Source of the DNA: Alphaproteobacteria bacterium
GTDB lineage: Bacteria; Pseudomonadota; Alphaproteobacteria; Rs-D84
Assembly: GCA_033345195.1 (NCBI GenBank)
Contig: JAWPOE010000008.1
Coordinates: 112,940 to 176,939 of the forward strand
Length of the DNA: 64,000 nucleotides
Direction of reading: 5' to 3'
Positions 50,910 to 61,872 of this stretch are shown piece after piece. Below the pieces are notes generated by a model. That model made no database searches, was not told where the DNA came from, and worked only from the letters and a program-made list of their open reading frames with translations. Numbering within the stretch: the first letter of the stretch is position 1; the number at the start of each line of letters is the position of its first letter. The position numbers were made by a program, and so were the translations under genes.

Positions 50910-50924
50910 CAAAGGAATATAGAT

Positions 50925-51341
50925 ATGAAAAAAATTTTTGCGTTGATGTTGGTTTTGGTGTCTGTTGCGTCATGTGGCGGTATGATTAAAAACGAAAATG
51001 GCAGTCAGTATATTACACAACTAGAAGCAGAACCAATTGGATGTACTTTCTTGTATAAACTGGAATCAGAGGTTTCGGTATATGATGCAGATGATGCGCG
51101 CAGATATTTGGAAAATCGTATCGCAGATCAGGCGCGTCCAGGCAATGCATATTGGATTACCAGTCAACGTACAAAACCAAATGAATGGGTAATCTTTGGT
51201 CCAGAACGTGCATTTGTTTTGGTTGCAAATGTTTATGATTGTCCACATCCAAATAATGTTCGTACTGCAAAAGATGGTGGCACGGCGACAGTATCTGTGC
51301 CGGTCGTTTATGACGGATGTACGTATGGAACGTGTTATTAA
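50925..51341 (+). CDS. Small Cys-rich lipoprotein (lipobox VASC), unknown function
   Basis: Signal peptide plus lipobox, 6 Cys, then a terminator TCCCCaaccGGGGA plus T-run. Confidence 0.55.
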   Translation: MKKIFALMLVLVSVASCGGMIKNENGSQYITQLEAEPIGCTFLYKLESEVSVYDADDARRYLENRIADQARPGNAYWITSQRTKPNEWVIFGPERAFVLVANVYDCPHPNNVRTAKDGGTATVSVPVVYDGCTYGTCY

Positions 51342-51381
51342 AAAAATCCCCAACCGGGGATTTTTTTAATAGGTAATCTTT

Positions 51382-51411
51382 GTGAAAGTGTTTGCCATGG
51401 ATTGGGATTTT
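51382..51411 (+). promoter_or_regulatory. Sigma70-type promoter: -35 TTGCCA (51382-51387), 18-bp spacer, extended -10 TGtTATAAT (51403-51411). Drives the pilus/T2SS-like operon.
   Basis: Near-consensus hexamers with TGn, about 25 bp upstream of the first gene. Confidence 0.6.
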
Positions 51412-51435
51412 GTGTTATAATCATAAAGAATGTAA

Positions 51436-52713
51436 TTGAGAGAGAATTTTTTGACCGGAAAAATATTATCTGTTAATCGTAGAAAGTATGCCGTCGGATT
51501 GTTTTGGCAACCGTTGGGTGCAGGGTTTGTGCCACGAAATTATGCGCGTACATTGGCAAAAAATGTTGATAAAAAATTAAATCTGTATGTTGATTATCGT
51601 TCGATGATTGGGTTGGGATCGCGACGGTTCGGCCAGCATGTCGGTATGTTAAGCGCAGCGGCAGAAATTATGGAAAGTTTTTCCGAGTATACTTCTTTCT
51701 TGGCAGTGTTTCAGACGGGAAAATGTTTTTATCTGGTTGCAGCACGTAATGGGATTATTTTAGAAGATAAAATTTTTGATTCCGAAGATGCAGCGCGTGC
51801 AGAATATGCAAAATTATCCGAAATTCCAGATTGGGGTGCGTTCTTTGCACCTGGAACATGGGCGATGCCGCGTGCCGCAGAAAGAAATCTGGCTGATTTA
51901 TTAAATGGTCATTCGCATGCAAGTCTGCATTCAATCAGTCATGTCAGAACTTGGACTTTTTCACTGGTTTTATTTGGTGTGTTTTTGCTGATGGTGTTTG
52001 GGGTTTTTAGTGATTCTTTTAAATTGGTGTTTGCGCCCAGACCAAAAACAACAGAATTAGACCCGGAATTGGTTGCAGAATATAAACGACAAATCGAAGA
52101 AAAAAATAAAGAACTGGACAAGCAATTTGAAATTGAAAAACAGCAGCCACCAGAACCAATTGTTATGCCGTATGAATTGTTGCCTGATGTCCAGGCGCGT
52201 GCAAAACAGTGTTATCAGGCGATTGGATTTTTAATGCAACCAATTGTTGGTTGGAACCAGGTTAATGTTGATTGTGGCGAGATACATGCAATTGCCGAAT
52301 TTAGACGTGACTTTGGAACGTTAGGTGAGTTTTATAATATTGCAACACAGTTGATGCCGGGTGCATTCGTGCAAGAAGTTAATGATGATACATTGCGTGT
52401 TCAGGTTGCCTTGCCAAAGTTGGAAATCTTTTCGTCCCAAGATGAACGCGATGCAGAAACAGTCGTGCGTGACATTGTGACTGCGTTTCAGGGTATAGAT
52501 ATGTCGGTTGAAACCAATATTGTGACAGATTCACTGACCAACGGTGTTGATGTGGCGAATGTTAATGTTGTTGAAATTGCGGCGGAATCAAAACTGGTGC
52601 CGATGCAGTTTATGCAAATATTTGAAGAATTTGGCGGTGTCTATATGGTGCAATGTGCATGGGATGTGGCGTCGCGTACATGGAACTATGAGGTGATTAT
52701 CTATGCAAAATAA
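51436..52713 (+). CDS. Bitopic inner-membrane protein, GspL/PilO(type IVb)-like assembly-platform component: cytoplasmic N-domain about 185 aa, single TM, periplasmic C-domain about 220 aa
   Basis: Architecture: single TM WTFSLVLFGVFLLMVFGVF in the middle. N-terminus KILSVNRRKYAVGLFWQPL resembles GspL N-termini. Lies first in an operon with a GspE-like ATPase and GspF-like platform. By my hand count the TTG start may be 51426, about 10 nt from the track coordinate. Confidence 0.45.
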   Translation: MRENFLTGKILSVNRRKYAVGLFWQPLGAGFVPRNYARTLAKNVDKKLNLYVDYRSMIGLGSRRFGQHVGMLSAAAEIMESFSEYTSFLAVFQTGKCFYLVAARNGIILEDKIFDSEDAARAEYAKLSEIPDWGAFFAPGTWAMPRAAERNLADLLNGHSHASLHSISHVRTWTFSLVLFGVFLLMVFGVFSDSFKLVFAPRPKTTELDPELVAEYKRQIEEKNKELDKQFEIEKQQPPEPIVMPYELLPDVQARAKQCYQAIGFLMQPIVGWNQVNVDCGEIHAIAEFRRDFGTLGEFYNIATQLMPGAFVQEVNDDTLRVQVALPKLEIFSSQDERDAETVVRDIVTAFQGIDMSVETNIVTDSLTNGVDVANVNVVEIAAESKLVPMQFMQIFEEFGGVYMVQCAWDVASRTWNYEVIIYAK

Positions 52714-53404
52714 AAAAATGTTTTTATTAGGTACAGTTTTTTGTGGGCTGATGATGGTTTTTGGTGGCGCATTCGCCGCAGATGATATTGTCGTCGAAGA
52801 AGAAGTTATTGTCGAAGATGTTGATTTAGAACAGGTGTCGGCCGATGCCGTCGCAAATTACGATGTGTCTGGGTCTTTGTTTCAACAGATTACTGATTTG
52901 GAACAAGAAAAAATATTAATGCAGTTGGAGAAAGAACGTGCACAGTTGGACCTGGAACTGGATAGACTGGCCGCAGAAAAAATTAAACTGCATATGGAAA
53001 TTGATACTTTGTCTGGACGCCAGGAACAGCAACAGCAAGAAATTGAAACACAAAAAGCAAAACTGGAAGCAGAGGCGGCACGTATCGAAAAAGAAAAGGA
53101 AAGTTGGCTGGCCGAGGCTGAAAAGAAAGCAACTGCGCGTGTTGCAAGCGATAAAAGACCAACAGAAGATGGTGCAGAACCAGAAATTGATATTACAAAA
53201 AAATATCGTCTGGTTAATGTTATTGGTGCAGGTTCACAATTACAGGCAACAATCGAAGACCTGAATACAGGGCAAAGTAAACGTATCAGCGTTGGCCGTG
53301 ATATAGACGGTTTGGTCGTTAAGTCTATTTCGTTGTACGATGGTGTTGTGTTTGTTGGGTCTGATGGTATGACACAAAATCTGAATGTCAGTGGTGGAAG
53401 ATAA
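52703..53404 (+). CDS. Periplasmic/IM-anchored coiled-coil protein with a C-terminal PilP/GspC-HR-like beta domain
   Basis: N-terminal signal/anchor, long EQ-rich coiled coil, C-terminal LVNVIGAGSQLQATIEDLNTGQSKRISVGRDIDGLVVKSISLYDGVVFV resembling the PilP/GspC secretin-interacting domain. Confidence 0.4.
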   Translation: MQNKKMFLLGTVFCGLMMVFGGAFAADDIVVEEEVIVEDVDLEQVSADAVANYDVSGSLFQQITDLEQEKILMQLEKERAQLDLELDRLAAEKIKLHMEIDTLSGRQEQQQQEIETQKAKLEAEAARIEKEKESWLAEAEKKATARVASDKRPTEDGAEPEIDITKKYRLVNVIGAGSQLQATIEDLNTGQSKRISVGRDIDGLVVKSISLYDGVVFVGSDGMTQNLNVSGGR

Positions 53405-53407
53405 AAA

Positions 53408-55036
53408 ATGGTTCGTTCAAAAGAATCTTTGGAAGATATCAGCAAGTTGCCATCAATACCGGCAGGTATGGAAAATGGTGACAGCAAGGATATAATTGAT
53501 TATCTGTTCGCGAATGGTAATAAATTGCTGACTGCGACAGGTGCAATGTTGGAACTGCCCCGTGATTCACAGAGCTTAATTGCGTATTTTGCAGGTGGTG
53601 AAATTATTATTTCGCGTACGCATCGTTATGATGGGCGTGTGTTGGCGTTCTTGGATTTGTTGGCGCGTCGTGGGCGACCAATGCGTGAACCGTTTTATTC
53701 TGATTTGGGTTTGGTTTCGAATATTTATAAATCGCATGAAATGCGCTTGGGCGGTGGTGCGCGTTCACGCATAGATTTTGATAACCAAATGCAGAAAGAT
53801 TTTGTCGATATTATTGCCAAGGCCGCATCGCATAAGGTTTCAGACGTTCATATAGAGGTTGCAGACCAAACAACAATCTATTTCCGTGTCGATGGCAGTA
53901 TGCAACCAGTGCTGGAATATAATTCACAGTGGGGTGAATCGTTTGTTCGTGCCGCATTTGCATCGGCAGATATGTCAAATGCAAACTATGCCCAGAATGA
54001 ATATCAATCTGCACAGAAAGATGGACGTACCCCATTACGTGGAACCAAGGATTTATATTTGCCGTCTGGTGTATTGGGTGTGCGTATGCAATTTAACCCA
54101 ATCGCATTTGGCAGTCGGTATGTGGTTATGCGACTGTTGTATGATAACCCGTCCGAAGGTATTAAAATTGAACAGGAATTTGGCCCATATGAACAACGTT
54201 TGTTGGCACGTATGCGTTCGTTCCCAACAGGATTGGTGATTGTTGCCGGTCCAACCAGTTCTGGTAAATCAACAACATTGGTGCGTAATATGTCGCTGAT
54301 GTTAAAAGAACGTAATTATGAAATTAATATGATTACGGTGGAAAACCCTGTTGAACAAAAGATTTTTGGCGCACGTCAAATGCCGGTGGTAAATACAACA
54401 AACGAAGAACAACGCGAAGAAAAGTATGTAGAGGCGTTGGCAGCGGCGTTAAGAAGTGACCCTGATACATTGATGGTGGGCGAAATTCGAACATTGGCGG
54501 CGGCACAATTAACAGTGCGTGGTGCGCTGTCCGGACATAATGTGTGGACGACATTGCATGCGAATTCTGCCATGGCGGCGTTAACGCGTTTGTTAGATTT
54601 GGGTATCGAACCTTTTAAATTAAAAGAAGAAACATTGATGCGTGGTTTGGTGTCGATGCGACTGTTTAAAAAAGTTTGTCCGTATTGTCGTGAACCGTTG
54701 GCAAATCATCCAGAACGTGGCGCGTATCGTCGCGTTATGGGGGCGTATGGTGAAATTGGTCTGCGTCAGGTTTATCAGCGTGGTACGGGGTGTGAACACT
54801 GTAATGGGACAGGGCATTTGGGACGTATCAAGGCCGGTGAAATTATCATTACAAACAGTGAATTTTTACGTCTGGCATTATCTGGTAATACAGATGGGGC
54901 TGTGCGATATTGGCTGGAAGAAATGGATGGGCGCACGTTAAAGGAATCTGCGACATCATTAATGTTACAGGGAATTATCAGTGTTGATGAATTAGAACGC
55001 TGGGTTGGACAGTTGAATCAACCAGGGGTTTATTAA
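53408..55036 (+). CDS. GspE/PilB/PilQ-family secretion ATPase (type II secretion / type IV pilus assembly ATPase)
   Basis: Walker A GPTSSGKST, Asp/His boxes (LMVGEIR...TLHAN), C-terminal tetracysteine CPYC...CEHC typical of GspE/PilB. Confidence 0.85.
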   Translation: MVRSKESLEDISKLPSIPAGMENGDSKDIIDYLFANGNKLLTATGAMLELPRDSQSLIAYFAGGEIIISRTHRYDGRVLAFLDLLARRGRPMREPFYSDLGLVSNIYKSHEMRLGGGARSRIDFDNQMQKDFVDIIAKAASHKVSDVHIEVADQTTIYFRVDGSMQPVLEYNSQWGESFVRAAFASADMSNANYAQNEYQSAQKDGRTPLRGTKDLYLPSGVLGVRMQFNPIAFGSRYVVMRLLYDNPSEGIKIEQEFGPYEQRLLARMRSFPTGLVIVAGPTSSGKSTTLVRNMSLMLKERNYEINMITVENPVEQKIFGARQMPVVNTTNEEQREEKYVEALAAALRSDPDTLMVGEIRTLAAAQLTVRGALSGHNVWTTLHANSAMAALTRLLDLGIEPFKLKEETLMRGLVSMRLFKKVCPYCREPLANHPERGAYRRVMGAYGEIGLRQVYQRGTGCEHCNGTGHLGRIKAGEIIITNSEFLRLALSGNTDGAVRYWLEEMDGRTLKESATSLMLQGIISVDELERWVGQLNQPGVY

Positions 55037-55038
55037 GC

Positions 55039-56112
55039 ATGATAACAAAAATTGAATTATTATATGCAAAACTGATGTTCCGTACAAATACGGAAAAACG
55101 TATGTCGATTTGTCGAAAATTGGCGTCGTTGTTGCGCAATGATTTTACGTTGATTGATGCGCTGGAACGTCTGGAAATGATTGAATCGAAAAATGGAACG
55201 AAACCGCGTGAACCGTTTGCAATTGTTATGCGCCAGTGGCAAAAAAACCTGGAACGTGGTATGAGTTTTTCAGAGGCAACACGTGGTTGGGTGCCACCCG
55301 AAGAAACGTTGTTGGTGACATCTGGAAATCTATCAAATTTAGTTGTTGCGCTGGAAAATGTCGGTCGTGTTGTTGATGGTACACAACGTATCAGACGTGC
55401 CATGACAACGGCGATTGCCTATCCGTTATTTTTGTTGGCACTGACGTTTGGTATAATTATTATGGTGGGCGTTTATCTGGTTCCACCATTGGCCGAGGTT
55501 GCAGGAAATCAAGTCGTATGGCGTGGGTCGGCACGCTCTTTGGTTTTGTTGTCTGATTTTTCGATAAAGTATTGGTATTATTTTGTGGTTGTTTTTGCGT
55601 CAATCGTCGCGATTGTTTGGGTGTCGTTGGCAAATTGGTCGGGGCGTATTCGTGCCATGTTTGATAAATTGCCACCATGGAATGTTTATAAGCTTCAGGT
55701 TTCTGTGGGTTGGTTAATGTCATTGGGGGCAATGGTCAGTGCCGGTGTGACAATTCCAGACGCAATTCGTATGTTGGCAGATAATGCAAATAAATATCTG
55801 CGTAAAATATTGGAATCTGCATTGCGATTTATTGCAAATGGTGACAATCTGGGGGTTGCATTGCAGAAAACAAATCGTGATTTTCCAGAAGCCGAGATTA
55901 TTGGCGACTTAACGATTTATGCCGATATGAATGGTTTTGATGAAAACTTAAATCAGATTGCGAATGATTATTTGAATGAGTCTGTACGTAAAATGGAAAA
56001 GATTTCAAATACATTGAACAGTGTTGGTATTTTGTTGGTATCCGCGATTATCGCATGGGTTGTGCTGGGGACGTTCCAGATGCAAGACCAGATTACATCA
56101 GCACTAACGTAA
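55039..56112 (+). CDS. GspF/PilC/PilR-family inner-membrane platform protein (two T2SSF repeats)
   Basis: Two repeats with the T2SSF consensus (..SLLRNDFTLIDALERL.. and ..GVTIPDAIRMLADNA..FPE..). 357 aa with 3 TM regions. Confidence 0.8.
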   Translation: MITKIELLYAKLMFRTNTEKRMSICRKLASLLRNDFTLIDALERLEMIESKNGTKPREPFAIVMRQWQKNLERGMSFSEATRGWVPPEETLLVTSGNLSNLVVALENVGRVVDGTQRIRRAMTTAIAYPLFLLALTFGIIIMVGVYLVPPLAEVAGNQVVWRGSARSLVLLSDFSIKYWYYFVVVFASIVAIVWVSLANWSGRIRAMFDKLPPWNVYKLQVSVGWLMSLGAMVSAGVTIPDAIRMLADNANKYLRKILESALRFIANGDNLGVALQKTNRDFPEAEIIGDLTIYADMNGFDENLNQIANDYLNESVRKMEKISNTLNSVGILLVSAIIAWVVLGTFQMQDQITSALT

Positions 56113-56142
56113 AAAATAAATATAATAATTCATCTAAAAATA

Positions 56143-56197
56143 AATTGGGAATCTCATGTAGCGACATGTACACTACGATTCCCAATTTGTTTTTATC
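56143..56197 (+). terminator. Rho-independent terminator: 12-bp stem AAATTGGGAATC/GATTCCCAATTT with a 22-nt loop (containing an ACATGTA repeat), then GTTTTTAT
   Basis: Perfect inverted repeat followed by a T-run, directly after the platform gene. Confidence 0.65.
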
Positions 56198-56249
56198 TAA
56201 ATCATTCTATTTATTTTTTTATCCCACTGCTGGGGGTGGGGTAGATTTT

Positions 56250-59293
<3,044 letters not shown>

Positions 59294-59339
59294 AAAGGAA
59301 TGGCGCGGATTTTCCGCGCCATAGTTTTGGTGTTTAAAA

Positions 59340-60014
59340 ATGAATAATATAGATGCGTTCAGACGTGCGCAAATTGATTTGAAAAATCAACAACGATTGT
59401 TAAATAATCAATTTGGTGATATGTCGCCGATTGATAATAATAAGTTGCCGAATATGAAACAGGGCAGTGTGGTTATCTTGTCTAAAAGAATAAAAGATAT
59501 ATTAAAATTAATACAAGAATCGACCATGGAAGATGGCAAAGAAATCCCATTTTTCTTGTACGGAAAAACCGAAGGACAATTGGTTTATTTTACAGATATA
59601 GATGTAGATATAGATGACCTGCAAACGGTAGAGGCAAATTTTGCAAACCTGAACCAGGGGTTGCAAGAATTTATCAACAAATCAAAAAAAGACGGAACAG
59701 ATATTGTTGCGCATGGTCATTCGCATGGAAAAAGTATAAATAATTATCATTTAAATTTTTCATTGGGTGATATGAATGCGTATAAAGATATGCGTCTGAA
59801 TAACGAAGTTTTTAGAACAGGAAAAATAGAACTTTGTTCGTGTCTGTTGACGGACGGAAATTATAATTTCTTGTTCTTTGATGGGAATGATTATTATAAA
59901 TTTAATGAGGTTTATGTTCAGGCGGAAAATGGCGATTTTATTGAAAAATTGCCATGCTATAAAGCTAACAATAATAATATCTTGCGTAATATTTTTCGTG
60001 GGCGTGGGGAATAG
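59340..60014 (+). CDS. Hypothetical protein with a possible JAB/MPN(+) metalloprotease-like motif (..E.G..; AHGHSHG..x..S..D). AT-rich.
   Basis: Motif EGQLVYF ... HGHSHGKSINNYHLNFSLGD loosely fits JAMM (E..HxHx7-11Sx2D). Assignment is speculative. Confidence 0.35.
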   Translation: MNNIDAFRRAQIDLKNQQRLLNNQFGDMSPIDNNKLPNMKQGSVVILSKRIKDILKLIQESTMEDGKEIPFFLYGKTEGQLVYFTDIDVDIDDLQTVEANFANLNQGLQEFINKSKKDGTDIVAHGHSHGKSINNYHLNFSLGDMNAYKDMRLNNEVFRTGKIELCSCLLTDGNYNFLFFDGNDYYKFNEVYVQAENGDFIEKLPCYKANNNNILRNIFRGRGE

Positions 60015-60073
60015 TGCTTGAATCATATTGATTTTGCACTATTTATATATGAAGGCAGACAAGAGGTGGTGAC

Positions 60074-60340
60074 ATGGATAACAAAGAAAACAATATCATT
60101 AAACGTGGCCCAAGTCAGAAAGACAAATTGTTGGAAGAAAAGAAAGCGCTGGAAAAAGAGTTGCGTGAATTGTCTGGCGTGTCAGAGGCACAGATTGGCT
60201 ATAAAAAAGCACGTATCAAGTTAATTGATAAAATGTTGGCACAGATAGACCAGTCTAACGGCAAGGACAATAATAAAGAAATGGCGCAACAAGAATATTT
60301 GAAAAAAATGATGATGCAAAATCAAGGTATGGGGTCATAA
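60074..60340 (+). CDS. Small (88 aa) coiled-coil hypothetical protein
   Basis: ORF with K/E-rich heptad pattern; stop overlaps the next start (ATAATGG). Confidence 0.35.
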   Translation: MDNKENNIIKRGPSQKDKLLEEKKALEKELRELSGVSEAQIGYKKARIKLIDKMLAQIDQSNGKDNNKEMAQQEYLKKMMMQNQGMGS

Positions 60341-61011
60341 TGGATTTTTCGCGTGATTGGTTCTTTGGTCTGGATGCGCGATTGCGGGCAGCGGGACTGG
60401 ACAGCGATGCGCAATCGTTCGATGAGATTTTAGAGAATTTGAAATCGCGGAGAATATATACCCCAGATGAATTTGCGTCACATTGTGCGTATGTAATTTT
60501 GGCGGGTGGTTTTTCGCAACAAACCGCCAAAAGAATTCATGAAAAAATTATGAATCAGGTGCGCATGTCGGGGGCGGATTTTGATACATTAATTCAGATT
60601 TTTAATAATAAAAACAAGATTCGTGCGATTTGTAAAATATGGGAAAATAGGCATTGTTTTTGCACGGATTATTACAAACTAAATTTGTTAGATGATAAAT
60701 TAAAATACCTGCAATCTTTGCCGCATATTGGTAAAATAACTGCAAATCATTTGGCACGAAATCTGGGTGAAGATATTGTGAAATATGATATCTGGATTCA
60801 ACGTTTGGGGTGTGTGTTTGCGGGTAAAGATTTATCAATAGATAATGGAAAACTGTTGCCTGAAATAAAATCTGCGTGTGATGATATGTTTGCGCATTTG
60901 GTGGGGCAGACAGGTTTACCGCGCGGGTATATAGATGTTGTGTTGTGGAAATCTTGTCAGGTAAAATTAATTTCTGTGGACGATTACTTGCACAAACCAC
61001 CGGTCATGTAG
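60340..61011 (+). CDS. HhH-motif protein, possible HhH-GPD superfamily DNA glycosylase-like
   Basis: FASHCAYVILAGGFSQQTAKRI resembles the Nth helix (F..L.AviLSAQ.TD..V) and LPHIGKITANHLARNLG is a helix-hairpin-helix motif. Neighbours ung. Confidence 0.4.
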   Translation: MDFSRDWFFGLDARLRAAGLDSDAQSFDEILENLKSRRIYTPDEFASHCAYVILAGGFSQQTAKRIHEKIMNQVRMSGADFDTLIQIFNNKNKIRAICKIWENRHCFCTDYYKLNLLDDKLKYLQSLPHIGKITANHLARNLGEDIVKYDIWIQRLGCVFAGKDLSIDNGKLLPEIKSACDDMFAHLVGQTGLPRGYIDVVLWKSCQVKLISVDDYLHKPPVM

Positions 61012-61131
61012 CGAGTAGTACACTCCCTTTGGTTTGTGCTGCGTACTCGTCTCATATAAATTAATTTTGAAACTGTGGATGCCTGTTAAGTTAACATGTG
61101 AAATATAGAAGGGGAAAACGAATGTTGATGA

Positions 61132-61180
61132 CCACTACCCCGTCGCATTCGCGCCACCCCTTCGCCAGCGAAGGGGATTA
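61132..61180 (+). repeat. 49-bp palindromic intergenic element, copy 2, ending 2 nt before the ung start codon and supplying its AAGGGG Shine-Dalgarno
   Basis: ccactaccccgtcgcattcgcgccaccccttcgccagcgaaggggatta versus copy 1, which differs at 2 positions. Confidence 0.8.
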
Positions 61181-61182
61181 TT

Positions 61183-61845
61183 ATGAATGTGAAAATTGAA
61201 CAATCTTGGAAGGACGCGTTAAGTGATGAATTTAATAAAGATTATTTTATTAAATTAACAGACTTTGTGCGTGCGGAATATTTATCGGGACGTGCAGTAT
61301 ACCCAGAACCAAAAAATATTTTTAATGCGTTTAATTTGTGTCCCCTGGATAGGGTAAAGGTTGTGATTATCGGGCAAGACCCATATCATGAACCGGGGCA
61401 GGCACATGGACTTTGTTTTTCTGTGTTGCCGCCAACGCAAAATCCACCAAGTTTGCAAAATATATATAAAGAAATTGAAAGTGATTTAGGACGGAAATCT
61501 GTGACAAATGGCGATTTAACACACTGGGCAAATCAGGGGGTGTTGTTGCTGAATTCGACATTGACTGTACGTGCGCATGCGGCGGCATCGCACGCCGGAC
61601 GTGGTTGGGAAGAATTTACAGACAGTGTAATTCGTGCCGTCGCAAATCGTGAAAATGTTGTTTATATGCTGTGGGGTTCGTTTGCACAAAAAAAGGCGGG
61701 TTTTGTAGATTCGAATAAGAATTTAATTCTGAAAAGTGCGCATCCGTCGCCGTTGTCTGCGTATCGTGGATTTTTTGGAAATCGTCATTTTTCACGTGCA
61801 AATCAATATTTGGTTGAGCATGGGATGTTGCCAATAGAATGGTAA
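61183..61845 (+). CDS. ung: Uracil-DNA glycosylase (family 1)
   Basis: GQDPYH water-activating loop, HPSPLS motif, about 220 aa. Confidence 0.9.
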   Translation: MNVKIEQSWKDALSDEFNKDYFIKLTDFVRAEYLSGRAVYPEPKNIFNAFNLCPLDRVKVVIIGQDPYHEPGQAHGLCFSVLPPTQNPPSLQNIYKEIESDLGRKSVTNGDLTHWANQGVLLLNSTLTVRAHAAASHAGRGWEEFTDSVIRAVANRENVVYMLWGSFAQKKAGFVDSNKNLILKSAHPSPLSAYRGFFGNRHFSRANQYLVEHGMLPIEW

Positions 61846-61872
61846 TAAAAAATCCCCAAACGGGGATTTTTT

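Noticed and set aside
61122-61199. 25-codon ORF (MLMTTTPSHSRHPFASEGDYYECEN) reading through the 49-bp repeat into ung
   Set aside because: It is the translation of a palindromic repeat, out of frame with ung, and has no RBS.
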